DNA of 64,000 nt from the NCBI GenBank assembly GCA_017985985.1, contig JAGNWK010000004.1, forward strand, positions 2,320 to 66,319, written 5' to 3'. The DNA comes from Oligoflexales bacterium (GTDB taxonomy: Bacteria; Bdellovibrionota_B; Oligoflexia; Oligoflexales; Bog-1112). The translations under genes were made by a program, and so were the position numbers. The notes beneath the pieces are model-generated. The model was not told the DNA's origin and made no database searches. It worked only from the letters and a program-made list of their open reading frames with translations. This document shows positions 52,590 to 63,372 of this stretch, one piece after another; within the stretch, counting starts at the first letter, position 1, and every line of letters begins with the position of its first letter.

Positions 52590-52912
52590 TCTCCTCATAA
52601 CGCCTCATGCCTTAGTTACAGGCTCAGCCATTGTTTGTGCTGAGTGAAGCAACTTTATTGTACGCCTTTCACTACATATGGGCAGCTCTGTAGCTGACAG
52701 ATTCTGGGAAAAGAAGCGTTTGACTTTTAAATGTCTTTTGGAGACAATCCCTCAGATTTGCACTCTTATACTGAGTTCCTCCATGGTTTTATACTTGTAT
52801 CAGGGAGTGAAAATCAAGGTCGTGACAAGACGTGAGATCAAGTCATAGCTTAGATGAATTCCTTCATTAAGCACAGAGTGATAAGAGTGATAAGCAAATT
52901 GAAGAGGAGAAT

Positions 52913-53701
52913 ATGTCTATTTTGAAGGTAGTTCTACGGGCAGTTATTACAGTTTGCTCTCGCCTCTTAGCTCAGATAGAAAAGGAAAAGAGCCGCTCTA
53001 GCCTGAGGAGTTTTGTGGCATCCATGTCGAAAGACCACCCGTTCTCTTCTTTTCCTAAACTTCATGTAGGGAATTTTTTTGCGGACTCAAAAGAGTTTTT
53101 TGACCATTATGATGTATTTTCCTATTGGGTTTTTAAGACAGTATCTCAAATGGGTAATGGCCATAAAATTTTCGATCTTGGTGGGGTGAAGGCCATTAGC
53201 GCCGTGTTTTCAGTCAATAACAGTCTAACCTCGGTGGTTTTGGCGGACTGTGGTGACACGTTAACATCGGTCTCTTATGTCAAGCATGATGTATGTAAAC
53301 CCCTCCCTTTTTCAGATGGACAGTTTGATATTTTTACATCGACGGTCAGTTTAAATCTCCTTGGCCTAGGTCGATATGGGGATGCTGTTTCCCCCAATAC
53401 CCTCATTATCTTCTTAGACGAACTAAATCGGGTCATGAAACCGAAGTCACATTTATTTTTTAGTCTTTCCATAGGTGCAGACTGTCTTAATTTTAGAAAT
53501 ACCTGGATTTTTTCTCATGAAACAGTTTTGCGACTTTTTGGTGATTGGAAGCTGGTCGATTTTTTTATAGACAATCAATCAGGGAATGTTGTGGATTTAA
53601 CTCATTCAGTTCAACGTTTTTCCAAATCACCGCATGATCGTGTTTTGAACGAAGGCCAATATAGGATTGGTTTTTACCACTTCTGTCGGGATAAAGCCTA
53701 A
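52913..53701 (+). CDS. Putative SAM-dependent methyltransferase (DUF268-like, GLGRYGD motif)
   Basis: Has KIFDLGG... and LNLLGLGRYGDAVSPN, resembling the DUF268 methyltransferase-like family as I recall it. First gene of the A+T-rich glycan island. Confidence 0.5.
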   Translation: MSILKVVLRAVITVCSRLLAQIEKEKSRSSLRSFVASMSKDHPFSSFPKLHVGNFFADSKEFFDHYDVFSYWVFKTVSQMGNGHKIFDLGGVKAISAVFSVNNSLTSVVLADCGDTLTSVSYVKHDVCKPLPFSDGQFDIFTSTVSLNLLGLGRYGDAVSPNTLIIFLDELNRVMKPKSHLFFSLSIGADCLNFRNTWIFSHETVLRLFGDWKLVDFFIDNQSGNVVDLTHSVQRFSKSPHDRVLNEGQYRIGFYHFCRDKA

Positions 53702-53857
53702 GAGACGGCTTTGGAAGCCGTTGTTTGAGGTGCTTCGATTTCCAGGCAGGAAGTTAACTGCTAGTTTAGTATGCGCAAGGCCGAAGAATTCAAAAGCTTG
53801 AACTGTCAAAGGTTTGTGCGATATTTTTTCAATTCTATTTCGACAAGGGAGCTTCAG

Positions 53858-54292
53858 ATGAGGCAGGAAACAGCGGGAACAGATAGTTCGATGACAGCGA
53901 GTAGCTCTGGAGCTGGAATTGTTAAATCGTTTGGTCCTCTTAAGCCGGTGTACTCTAGAAGAGACAAGCGAGGACTGTTTCTTGAGATTATCAATGAACG
54001 CTCGTGGGAAGGCATTCACTATGGTGAAATGCATGAAGGTCACCATATCGGTGGGTCCTACCATAAGGTAACAGAGGCCTTTTTCTTCGTTTTAGAGGGG
54101 CAGGTTGAGGTCAGCTCTATCAATGTGGCTACAAAAAAGGAAGAGTTGCTCCTTCTCGGAAAGGATGAAGGCGCCTATTTACGTCCTTTCCATGTGAATA
54201 CACTTTCTTTTAAAGAGCAAAGCAAGTTCATACTCCTGAAGTCACATAAATTTAATTCTGATAATAATGACACATACTCCATGGAGAGTTAG
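53858..54292 (+). CDS. RmlC-like cupin protein (sugar epimerase/ketoisomerase-like)
   Basis: Has a DKRGLFLE motif plus a His-containing beta-roll segment. The ATG at 53858 is preceded by AGGGAG; the ORF is open from 53771. Confidence 0.5.
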   Translation: MRQETAGTDSSMTASSSGAGIVKSFGPLKPVYSRRDKRGLFLEIINERSWEGIHYGEMHEGHHIGGSYHKVTEAFFFVLEGQVEVSSINVATKKEELLLLGKDEGAYLRPFHVNTLSFKEQSKFILLKSHKFNSDNNDTYSMES

Positions 54293-54294
54293 CT

Positions 54295-55533
54295 ATGGCT
54301 GCAGTTGATAGGAGGATGATGTTTATTGGTGCTACCCCTCCACCTTACGGGGGGATTGCTAGTCACTTTGTAGATTTGTTGGAAATTCTGAATAAAGAAG
54401 GAAAAGAAAACTTCTTCTTTTATGATCCTTCAAAATCTGGTTCACCTACATCTAGAGATGGGATGAAGTTAGGTGACAAGCCCAATCCTTATTTGACAGT
54501 TTTGAATCCGTTTTTCATTCTGTACTTTCTATTCAATCTCCACAAATTTTTACAAATCTTTTTTACGATCAAAAAAATTTCAAAGTCCAAGCATAAAATT
54601 GTTCCCGAAAATTTTCCGTTTTACTTTCTCTACAAACTCATCAACTGCCTTCAATTGATAAAAAAACATCATATCAATTCCATTTCGGCTTATCACACGT
54701 TTCCAGAAGCTCTCTATCCCTATATGATCAAAAAATATTTTAGACCTGACATGAACTATACAGTTACGGTCTTTGGGGAGCTTCAAGCAAACACCATTGA
54801 TATCGAAGCTTGTGGTGAGATTTACAAGCTTGCTTTGCAAAACGCCGATATGCTGATGGCCTCTAGCAATTATTGCGCTAAGGGTGTCGAGGTTTTGGGT
54901 CTTGACGCAGCAAAGGTTCGAGTGGTTCCCTACGGGATTAACATAGAGCATTTTAAACGAAAGACAGAATATAAACTGTCTGAGAGAAAACACACCTTAC
55001 TGCTAGTCGGGCATATCAACAAAAGAATGGGTTTGGAGTGTCTTGTCAAAGCTCTTAGCATATTAGCTCCTAAATTCCCTTTTCTAAAAGTCGCTATGGT
55101 GGGTAAGGATCACGGGTATCTAAAAGAGTTTTTGGGTTTAGTCAGTTCTGCTCAATTAGTAGATCGGGTGACTATTCTCCAAGATGTGAAGTTTGATCTA
55201 CTACCCGAGTTTTACAATTCATCATATATATATGTAAATCCTATGAATACAAGGCTTCCTTGCATGGGGCTTGCCATGAAGGAAGCTATGGCTGCTGAGC
55301 TCCCCGTCATCGCTTCGAATACAGGTGGTATTCCAGAAGCTGTGGTGGATGGAGTTACCGGACTTGTGTACCAAACTGACAATCATGTTGAACTTGCTAG
55401 ATGTATCGAAAAACTACTCGAAGCTCCCGATTTGGCCCGTAGTTTCGGTATGGCTGGACGAGAGCGAGCAAAGGAAATCTTTGATCGAGAGAAGTCGACG
55501 ATGAGAATTATCAATATGCTTTCGCTTTTATGA
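54295..55533 (+). CDS. Glycosyltransferase, GT4 (GT-B) family
   Basis: Has the C-terminal EAMAAELPVIASNTGGIPEAVVDGVTGLV (E-x7-E region). Confidence 0.85.
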   Translation: MAAVDRRMMFIGATPPPYGGIASHFVDLLEILNKEGKENFFFYDPSKSGSPTSRDGMKLGDKPNPYLTVLNPFFILYFLFNLHKFLQIFFTIKKISKSKHKIVPENFPFYFLYKLINCLQLIKKHHINSISAYHTFPEALYPYMIKKYFRPDMNYTVTVFGELQANTIDIEACGEIYKLALQNADMLMASSNYCAKGVEVLGLDAAKVRVVPYGINIEHFKRKTEYKLSERKHTLLLVGHINKRMGLECLVKALSILAPKFPFLKVAMVGKDHGYLKEFLGLVSSAQLVDRVTILQDVKFDLLPEFYNSSYIYVNPMNTRLPCMGLAMKEAMAAELPVIASNTGGIPEAVVDGVTGLVYQTDNHVELARCIEKLLEAPDLARSFGMAGRERAKEIFDREKSTMRIINMLSLL

Positions 55534-56681
55534 AGGGGCCACTGATGGCTAGTTCAAACGCATTCATTCCTTTAGCTCAACCCTATCTAGGCAAAAATGC
55601 TAAACAATATGTTAATGAGTGTTTAGATAGTAACTGGGTGAGTTCTCAAGGAAGTTTTATACCAAAGTTCGAAGATGATTTCGCAAAATTTGTTGGAACC
55701 AAATATGCAGTGGCTGTTTCTAATGGGACTGTTGCTCTCCACCTTGCTCTCTTGTGCTTGGATCTAAAGCCTCAGGATGAAGTCATTGTTCCTGATCTCA
55801 CATTTGCAGCGACTATCAATACAGTTTTACATGCGAATGCGACTCCTGTTATAGTGGATATCGATCCCCTGACATGGAATATTTCCCTTGAGAAAATATC
55901 GGCAGCTATTACACCGAGAACGAGGGCTATCGTTCCCGTCCATCTTTATGGCTATCCATGTCACATGGATGAAATTTTAGTGCTTGCTAAAAAGCACAAC
56001 ATAGCCGTCATTGAAGACGCTGCGGAAGCTCATGGAGCCGAGTTGGGTGGGAAGCAGGTTGGAAGCTTTGGTGATATAGCTTGCTTTAGCTTTTATGGTA
56101 ATAAAATTATTACCACAGGCGAAGGAGGGATGTGCGTAACGAATAACCAAAGTTTTTACGAGAAGATGGTTGTGTTGAGAGACCATGGTATGAATCGTAA
56201 AAACAAGTATCAATACGATATGGTGGGTTATAATTATCGTCTCACCAACCCTCAGGCTGCTATGGGAGTGGCACAGTTAGAGGAAATTGATGCGATTTTG
56301 GAAAAAAGAAATTCAATTACCTTACACTATGAGAAGTGTCTCGGAAAGAGCCCTGCCTTGGAAAAACGAGAGTTAGGTATAAGAACAGTGGCGCCAAACG
56401 TGAAGCCGACCAGCTGGATATTCACTGTACTTTTAAATGAAAGAGATTCAGCTATCGCCTTTTTACGTGATCAGAACATAGAAACGCGTCCTATGTTCTA
56501 TCCACTCCATCCCATGAATATTTATAAAAAATATTCCGCGTATCCTTGCAAAGATTCGCAGTCGGTTTCTTGTCGGGGCATTAGTTTGCCAACCTATTAC
56601 AATATGCCACTATCGTCTGTTGAAAAAGTCTGTGAAGCACTTAGCCAATGGAGTGATAGCCATGGCGGCAGATCCCTTTAA
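55530..56681 (+). CDS. DegT/DnrJ/EryC1/StrS-family sugar aminotransferase (PLP)
   Basis: Has IPLAQPYLG, VIEDAAEAHGA and FSFYGNKIITTGEGGM (PLP lysine). Confidence 0.88.
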   Translation: MKGPLMASSNAFIPLAQPYLGKNAKQYVNECLDSNWVSSQGSFIPKFEDDFAKFVGTKYAVAVSNGTVALHLALLCLDLKPQDEVIVPDLTFAATINTVLHANATPVIVDIDPLTWNISLEKISAAITPRTRAIVPVHLYGYPCHMDEILVLAKKHNIAVIEDAAEAHGAELGGKQVGSFGDIACFSFYGNKIITTGEGGMCVTNNQSFYEKMVVLRDHGMNRKNKYQYDMVGYNYRLTNPQAAMGVAQLEEIDAILEKRNSITLHYEKCLGKSPALEKRELGIRTVAPNVKPTSWIFTVLLNERDSAIAFLRDQNIETRPMFYPLHPMNIYKKYSAYPCKDSQSVSCRGISLPTYYNMPLSSVEKVCEALSQWSDSHGGRSL

Positions 56682-57318
56682 ATTTGATGGGCATTTAAAT
56701 CAAAGCAAATTGGATTTAATATTGCCGTATTGTGAAAAAAAAATCCTCGATGTCGGATGCAATACAGGGGCATTGGTTTCCTATTTAAATAGCAATGGGT
56801 TCTATGCTGAAGGTATAGATGCTGATGAGCAATGTATCAAAAAAGCGCGAGAACAGAGTAAAGACTTAAGGTTCCATCACGGCAGTAGTCTTTCCGACTT
56901 TTCGAACGATCAGTTCGAAACTGTTGTCGCGTGGAATGTGTTAGAGCATATACAGGAGGACGATTTCGCCTTGGGGGAAATGCTGAGGATAGCCTCTAAG
57001 CGAGTGGTGCTCTGTGTTCCCAGGGAAGATCAAATTTCTTTACCATATTCTGGGGTGACTTACCGGCAATATGTTGATCCCACTCATGTCCACTATTACA
57101 CTCGTGAGCTTTTAACGAGTATGATCGCAAAACATGGGTCCTATCGCATTACCTTTCAGAATCCAAGTAGGGTCAGACCTCTTTTGGCCTATGAAAAAAT
57201 CGGTGTTCCTCGTATTATATGTGCAGTTTTAGATAGGATATTGTGGAAAATATCTTCTAAAAAAGATTTATTTTATTCGGATATCATGGTCGTCATTCAT
57301 AAAGGGGCAGCTGATTAG
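56662..57318 (+). CDS. Class I SAM-dependent methyltransferase
   Basis: Has ILDVGCNTGAL (motif I) and VVAWNVLEHI. The ATG at 56662 overlaps the aminotransferase end by 20 nt. Confidence 0.8.
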   Translation: MAADPFKFDGHLNQSKLDLILPYCEKKILDVGCNTGALVSYLNSNGFYAEGIDADEQCIKKAREQSKDLRFHHGSSLSDFSNDQFETVVAWNVLEHIQEDDFALGEMLRIASKRVVLCVPREDQISLPYSGVTYRQYVDPTHVHYYTRELLTSMIAKHGSYRITFQNPSRVRPLLAYEKIGVPRIICAVLDRILWKISSKKDLFYSDIMVVIHKGAAD

Positions 57319-57361
57319 TAGGAAATTAATTGATGAGCTAGGCAAGATATCAAAAGATACA

Positions 57362-58801
57362 ATGATGTATGGAATAGGGAATGGTATTGTAGGTGTCATT
57401 TCCTTTTTGCTTTTACCGATGTATTCCGTTCATTTAACTCCAGAGGACTATGGCTACCTCACCATTTTTACATCCTTCCAAGCTTTTCTGGAGATTGTCA
57501 TTTCTTTTGGCATAACTTCGGGACTGTTCAGATACTTTTTGATGTCAGAGTCAGATCAGGAAAGGGAGGTGGTGCTGAATACGTGTTTCTTTATGCAGAT
57601 TTTTTTAATGTTGATCGCCTCTTTGATTCTACTGAACCCGGCATCTCTTCACCTACTTTCGAATGGTTTTTTTAAGTCGTCTGATTATAGTGTGCACTTT
57701 GGCCTTGTAGTTTTGTCTTCTCTTTTGTCTGCTCTGAGTTCGTTTTTTTTTGGATTCACTCGAGTTCAAAAAAAGGCTAAATTCTTTGTTGGTATGCAGT
57801 TCGTAAAAGCTCTCCTTTTATTGACGATTAACTATTTCTTTGTTTCTGTCCTCCAAATGAAGTTTTATGGAATTATTTTGGGAAATCTGCTCGCATTGAG
57901 TCTGACTACCTTGGGGACATGTTTTTGGTTCGCTCCATTTATTAAAATCACATTTTCCGCTAAGGTTTTTAGAAAGGTTCTCTTTTTTACTTTTCCGGTA
58001 GTTCTTTTGAATAGTCTTAATTTTATTTTGACGTTCTCAGATCGCTTTCTGATCAGCCGATTTTTGTCGAATGAAGATGTCGGTTTGTATTCATTTAGCA
58101 TCAAAATAGCCTCTGTTCTTCAGCTTGGGATGATCTTGCCCTTCTCTACAGCTTTTCCTCCCTATGCCTTTTCGCTCGCTAACGACCCTAGTTTTGGATT
58201 CAAATTTTCAAAAATTATTAAATATTTTACAATCCTTATGTTCTTTTTATCCGCAGGGCTATGCATCTTTTCGAAGGAGTTTTTTCATGTTTTTGCCAAC
58301 CAGCGCTATGCTAGTTCTCACAATTTAGTTGGGCTGTTCCTTCTCGCAAATATTTTTAATGGTCTTTATTACATCTTAAGTATCACATTTGACATCAAAG
58401 AAAAAACTTACATCTCATTTTTTGTCATTTTAGTGGGAGCCATTGTCAGCGTATGTTTAAACCTTATTTTGATTCCACTCCTTGGAACTGTCGGTTCGGC
58501 GATTGCCTTGTGTCTGTCTAATGCCTTTCTGGTTGTCAGTATGTACTTTTTGTGTCAAAGAAATTTCCCGATACCTCACGAGCTAGCGGCTTTTTTTAAG
58601 TTGCTCATTTTTTATTCTTTTGTATTGCTTATTAGTTTTTGGCCGGCCTCATTTTTTGAGATTTTTTTTGCCCAAAAGATATTCCTATCTGTAGCACTTG
58701 TGATCTGTGCCTATTTTACTTCTATCTTTAGTATAGAAGAGAAAAAATATTTTCAGCTATTTACCAAAAATTTCTTCAGAACAATGTTCAAAAAAACATA
58801 A
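57362..58801 (+). CDS. wzx: Oligosaccharide flippase (Wzx / polysaccharide biosynthesis protein, MOP superfamily)
   Basis: 479 aa with about 12-14 TM helices and a very A+T-rich, Phe/Leu/Ile-rich sequence, in a glycan-cluster context. Confidence 0.7.
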   Translation: MMYGIGNGIVGVISFLLLPMYSVHLTPEDYGYLTIFTSFQAFLEIVISFGITSGLFRYFLMSESDQEREVVLNTCFFMQIFLMLIASLILLNPASLHLLSNGFFKSSDYSVHFGLVVLSSLLSALSSFFFGFTRVQKKAKFFVGMQFVKALLLLTINYFFVSVLQMKFYGIILGNLLALSLTTLGTCFWFAPFIKITFSAKVFRKVLFFTFPVVLLNSLNFILTFSDRFLISRFLSNEDVGLYSFSIKIASVLQLGMILPFSTAFPPYAFSLANDPSFGFKFSKIIKYFTILMFFLSAGLCIFSKEFFHVFANQRYASSHNLVGLFLLANIFNGLYYILSITFDIKEKTYISFFVILVGAIVSVCLNLILIPLLGTVGSAIALCLSNAFLVVSMYFLCQRNFPIPHELAAFFKLLIFYSFVLLISFWPASFFEIFFAQKIFLSVALVICAYFTSIFSIEEKKYFQLFTKNFFRTMFKKT

Positions 58802-58802
58802 T

Positions 58803-59585
58803 TTATAGTTTATGTGTGTTGCGTTTGCATACTGCCCACCAGGTGAGGCCAGGAATATTGATCCCAAAACGGGAGAAGAGATGGGACATCCAGGTGTCCA
58901 CTGCTAGTAGAAATAAGACAGCACGGGTGAATAAAGCGGGTTTATTCCAAGTGTCAGGGACTTCGTCTTTAACCTGTGATTGGACTTTTTGTTGGGAACT
59001 ACTCTCGAGGAGTTTTTGTAGAACCCTGACTGGCAGCAGACTGTGAAAGAGTCCCCCCGATCTCAATATGGTAAGACCTGATGCGTTAATCAGAGTTCTA
59101 GCTCGAGCAGGGGAATAGCGACGAAAGTGCAAGAGATCTCGGTCATGACTAGAAAAAAGAGTTTGCCAGGCCGGAACACTAATGATGACAAGACCATTAT
59201 CTTTCATGTTGCGTGTAACGATTTCTCTTAGGACCTCCGTATCGTTTTCAATATGTTCTAAAACATCGAGAAGGAAGATTAGTTCAAACTTTTTTTTCGG
59301 AGTCTCTCGTGTTAACTCGATCTTCTTGGAAGCAAGATAGGGTAGGCTTTTGTGCTCTTCTTGGTAGTGGGAGTCTAGGCAAACAATTTTCTGCACCTTT
59401 TTGTTTTCTTCGCTAAAGCGAGCAGAAAACCACGCGTCTCCTGCCCCTACATCGAGGACCTCTATTTTTTCAGGCAGGCGGTCCATGAGCGCTGCTGCTT
59501 GTTTCTGAAAGAAGTCAAAACGAGCTAATTCCCAAGGGTGACGTTGTTGAGGCATGCTATGACGATTGATTTCAAGCAAATCCAT
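58803..59585 (-). CDS. Class I SAM-dependent methyltransferase
   Basis: Has VLDVGAGDAWFS (motif I) and FLLDVLEHI. Convergent with wzx, with a 1-nt gap. Confidence 0.8.
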   Translation of the reverse strand: MDLLEINRHSMPQQRHPWELARFDFFQKQAAALMDRLPEKIEVLDVGAGDAWFSARFSEENKKVQKIVCLDSHYQEEHKSLPYLASKKIELTRETPKKKFELIFLLDVLEHIENDTEVLREIVTRNMKDNGLVIISVPAWQTLFSSHDRDLLHFRRYSPARARTLINASGLTILRSGGLFHSLLPVRVLQKLLESSSQQKVQSQVKDEVPDTWNKPALFTRAVLFLLAVDTWMSHLFSRFGINIPGLTWWAVCKRNTHKL

Positions 59586-59688
59586 TTTGATGTCCTCTCA
59601 GATTGTTCTTATTGATGTTATTGTTTAAAATTGGCGACTGCCTGCCAGGTACTCTGGTGAAAACGAAGCGACAGCTACTTTTTTCAAG

Positions 59689-61782
59689 ATGTCTGATAGT
59701 GAAGCTAACTTTTGGCGCTTTAACCTTCAACTAGTTTTAAGGAATCTAGAAATGGCTTTGAATTATAAAAAACTGTCTCAAACTGGTTTACGATTCATCG
59801 CGCTAGTTCTCCTCGTGTATGGCTTCTTTTTTGGAAGATATGTCATGCAACATCAGACAGAAGCACCTCAATTTTACCAGAGAGATTTTGCTCCATCCGT
59901 TATGCGGGCCTGTGGTTATGGATTCACGAATCCTCCAGGAAAATCTGTGAAAGACGTTGATAAGTTTCTCAATCATTGGCCCGGCTCTTTCTCCTGTGAT
60001 CTTTTAGACGCTAACGAGGTGACCGCCCCGGTGGTAACATGGCAAAAAACCCATCGCTATTTGCTCGAGTTTTTTGGTTTTGTCTGGAAATTTACGGGGG
60101 TTACTTGGGATGTCATGCCAAGTATTGCTGGTTCATTCTTTGCCTTGAATCTTAGTTTTGTTTTTCTCATTATGGCGCACTTTCTGCCATGGTTTTTAGC
60201 TCTTTTTGGTGCGATGCTTTACTCCTTTTCCCCAACACAGCTGGGTATGCTGCCATCTTTTCGAGATTATGGGAAAAGTACATTCATCTATGTGAGCGTT
60301 TTTTTGCTTATGGAGCTCCTGCTCCGTAAACATTCGACACGGAGTGCGGCTATTTTCCTCGCTCTCTTGGGTGTAGTTCTTGGATTTGGATTTGGATTTA
60401 GGGCTGATCTTTTAGTTTATTTCCTATCAGCAGTTGTCCTGCTGGTTTTATTTTTTAGAATGGAGAGTGTATGGTCTCTCCTGAAGCAGCGTATTTTCGC
60501 CCTCTCTCTATTGGTTTGTGCCTTTCTTATACCAGCTAGCCCTGTGCTAATAAATCTCGAAAAAAATGGATCAGATTTCGTTCACTTTGCATTTTTAGGA
60601 CTTTCTGACTCTCTCTCAAGTGATCTCGTTAAACAACCGTATTCTCCTATTAAAAACTATAATGACTTTATGGTGTGGGCTCAGATTTCGGCTTATGCAC
60701 AGCACAAAGAGCAGCGAGAAATAAGACTAGACTTCCGTACTCACGAATATAATCACTATGGAAAGGCTCTTCTTGCTGAGTATATTAAGCTTATTCCCTA
60801 TGACTTTGTGTTGCGTGGGATAAGTTCCACTTTGAATATCTCCACACTCTTCTTTTCTCGAATGGCAAAACCACATGTCTCTATCTCGATGACAGAGTAT
60901 ATCGAAAACTTTAGACGCATATATGGAGATCAAATTGCTATTGGCTTGCGATGGATGTTTATAGTGATGACGGCTATTTTCGCTCTCCTGGCTTCCTTTC
61001 GAGTCTTCTGTCTTGCTGGGCTTTCGGTCCTTTTTCTTACAGCTTATCCCGCTATTCAATATCAACCGAGACACTTCTTTCATCTTGAACCTATGTCGAT
61101 CATACTGACTCTTCTCATCCTAAAGTTGATCTTCACTCGCTCGCATTGGTCTTCAATTAGGGAAAACTGGCTTAGACTGCGTCAGCGGCCTTGGAGTACT
61201 CCCTTTTGGATTTTACCTGGGATAGCTCTTCTTCTGGGGGGGCTAGGCTGGATTCAAAATGTTCGTGTTAGCTCCTATTTGAAAACGGTGCTCCAGCTGC
61301 CAGCTGAAGATCTGCAAGTCGCTGAGACCATACAGTACGGAAATGTATATAAGAATATCTTTGCGAGACCCTTTGGTAGCAGCAATGCTGAATTTCTTCG
61401 CATTAAACTTGATTTCAAAAAATGTGAACCGGTTATGGAGGAAAGAGATATTCGAGTCGATATCGATTATTCGATTACCGATGGACTGGTTTGGGACCTG
61501 AGAGCTTGGTGGGATCAGTCGACAAAAACTGCAATCAAATTGAATAAAAATAAACCGACTGCAGTGCTTCTGACTCCAGTCTATACGAATGATCGCTACG
61601 ATCCTACTCAGCCAGAATTATTCTCACATCCTAAGGGAGTTTTCACTCATCCTGGGGACAGGAGCTGTGTTTCTTCCGTAGAGAGAATTAAAAATCCTGA
61701 ACTGACGCCTGTTATGCTGACTGTACTCTTGTATGCGGATTGGGAATTAAAAAAGTGGCGAAGTACCATTAATGGTCTTTGA
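59689..61782 (+). CDS. Large polytopic membrane protein, possibly a GT-C-type glycosyltransferase or polymerase
   Basis: 697 aa: an N-terminal domain of about 12 TM helices followed by a roughly 200-aa soluble C-terminal domain. Function is inferred from architecture and cluster context only. Confidence 0.35.
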   Translation: MSDSEANFWRFNLQLVLRNLEMALNYKKLSQTGLRFIALVLLVYGFFFGRYVMQHQTEAPQFYQRDFAPSVMRACGYGFTNPPGKSVKDVDKFLNHWPGSFSCDLLDANEVTAPVVTWQKTHRYLLEFFGFVWKFTGVTWDVMPSIAGSFFALNLSFVFLIMAHFLPWFLALFGAMLYSFSPTQLGMLPSFRDYGKSTFIYVSVFLLMELLLRKHSTRSAAIFLALLGVVLGFGFGFRADLLVYFLSAVVLLVLFFRMESVWSLLKQRIFALSLLVCAFLIPASPVLINLEKNGSDFVHFAFLGLSDSLSSDLVKQPYSPIKNYNDFMVWAQISAYAQHKEQREIRLDFRTHEYNHYGKALLAEYIKLIPYDFVLRGISSTLNISTLFFSRMAKPHVSISMTEYIENFRRIYGDQIAIGLRWMFIVMTAIFALLASFRVFCLAGLSVLFLTAYPAIQYQPRHFFHLEPMSIILTLLILKLIFTRSHWSSIRENWLRLRQRPWSTPFWILPGIALLLGGLGWIQNVRVSSYLKTVLQLPAEDLQVAETIQYGNVYKNIFARPFGSSNAEFLRIKLDFKKCEPVMEERDIRVDIDYSITDGLVWDLRAWWDQSTKTAIKLNKNKPTAVLLTPVYTNDRYDPTQPELFSHPKGVFTHPGDRSCVSSVERIKNPELTPVMLTVLLYADWELKKWRSTINGL

Positions 61783-62491
61783 TCGAGCTATTTTCCTGCT
61801 TTTGGGCGAGGACTCGAGAGTAGAGCTCAGGCGTGTCAACGGCAAGGACACTGCCCCTCGTCGCAACAGCCATAATGCGCTTACCTTCGCTTAGAAAATT
61901 CGGGATGATGTCTTTGCCAAAATCACTAAAGCCTTCTTTGATGCTTTCAAGAAGTGTTCGAGACATTATGTACGCCCCTGCATTAACCCAATGGCTAGGG
62001 CTATCATTGGATTCAGGCTTTTCTACAAACTTGCTGATTCGTCCCTCTTGATCGAAGCAGACGACCCCACTGCCTTGAACATTTTCCTTGTGAAAGACCA
62101 TAATGGACATATCGGGTTTTGTGCGACGGTGGGCTTCGATGAGTTCTGAGAGATCAAAATCAAAGAAATTATCACCGTAGATGATGAGGCAAGAGTCTGT
62201 GTCTAAGTCTTTGGCAAATGATCTTGCTCCACCAGCCGTACCTAGAACTTCTGGCTCATAGTGGTAATGAATGTGTATTCCCCAACGGGAACCATCGCCA
62301 ATCAAACGAGGTATTTGTTCGGGTTCAAAGTGGAGATTGATAAAAACACGGGAAAGGCCAAGTCTAGCACAGGTCTCAAGATGGTGAACGAGCAGAGGTT
62401 TACCACGGACCTCAATGAGTGGTTTAGGAAGTCCTAAACCTAAGCCTTTAAGGCGTTCGCTTTTACCGGCTGCCAATATGATAGCATTCAC
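61769..62491 (-). CDS. Sugar-phosphate nucleotidyltransferase
   Basis: Has N-terminal MNAIILAAGKSERL....PKPLIEV.GKPLL, the NTP_transferase signature. Confidence 0.85.
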   Translation of the reverse strand: MNAIILAAGKSERLKGLGLGLPKPLIEVRGKPLLVHHLETCARLGLSRVFINLHFEPEQIPRLIGDGSRWGIHIHYHYEPEVLGTAGGARSFAKDLDTDSCLIIYGDNFFDFDLSELIEAHRRTKPDMSIMVFHKENVQGSGVVCFDQEGRISKFVEKPESNDSPSHWVNAGAYIMSRTLLESIKEGFSDFGKDIIPNFLSEGKRIMAVATRGSVLAVDTPELYSRVLAQKQENSSIKDH

Positions 62492-63372
62492 CTGTTTGCT
62501 CCTGTGAATATAAGCTCTTTTAAAGCTTCGATCCGATCCTGAAATAGAATCTGTGGTTTCCAGTTGTAGGTCTCTAAGGCCAGTCTATTGCTAGCAACAA
62601 AACCATAATCTCCACCCTCTTTGTGTTCAATGTGGGTGTAATGGGGATTGATGAGGTGGATAGTTTCGAGTAGTGAAACCGCATTGTGTATTCCACCTCC
62701 CGCATTAACCTTCAAACCCCACTGCTGTCCTTTCAGCATACGATGCAGGAGCTCAGCTAAATCATCGACATGCAAAAGGTCACGAACTTGTTTACCGGAA
62801 CCCATTAAGGAAATAACTTGTCGTTTTGCAACGCTTCTGCAGAATTTCACCATCCAGTTCTCATGAGGGTGCTCGTGATCAGTGTAGCAAGAGGTGATGC
62901 GGACAATATTTGACACCGGATGAGCTTCAGCAAGGAACTCACCCATCAACTTGGTTTTGGCATATATAGTTTTGGGGTTGAGAGCTTGCAGATCGTCAAC
63001 GAGATGGTGTGGAATATAGCGAGAGTTTGTTTCTTCAATATCTTTTTCCGTAAAAACATCTCCATAGACATCTTTACTAGAGAGCTGGATGAATTTGATG
63101 CTTGTATCAGCGAGAGCGGTGACAAGACTGCGAACTCCAGAGACATTGACATAGTCACTTGGGGAGTCGATCGTAAACCGAGAATGGACACGATCCATCG
63201 CTGTTGCTGCATTGATGACAGAGTCAATCCTATGTTCACTCAGGACGGAGTTGGTGATCTTGCCTATATCTTGGATTCGACTCCATCCGATAAGTTCATG
63301 CCCTCTTGCTTGGAGGGCTGTCTTCAGACCCGTGCCGAGATAGCCTTCGTGTCCAACCAGCATTATACGCAT
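62488..63372 (-). CDS. NAD-dependent epimerase/dehydratase (SDR family)
   Basis: Has a MRIMLVGHEGYLGTGL Rossmann motif and the YAKTK catalytic YxxxK. Confidence 0.8.
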   Translation of the reverse strand: MRIMLVGHEGYLGTGLKTALQARGHELIGWSRIQDIGKITNSVLSEHRIDSVINAATAMDRVHSRFTIDSPSDYVNVSGVRSLVTALADTSIKFIQLSSKDVYGDVFTEKDIEETNSRYIPHHLVDDLQALNPKTIYAKTKLMGEFLAEAHPVSNIVRITSCYTDHEHPHENWMVKFCRSVAKRQVISLMGSGKQVRDLLHVDDLAELLHRMLKGQQWGLKVNAGGGIHNAVSLLETIHLINPHYTHIEHKEGGDYGFVASNRLALETYNWKPQILFQDRIEALKELIFTGANR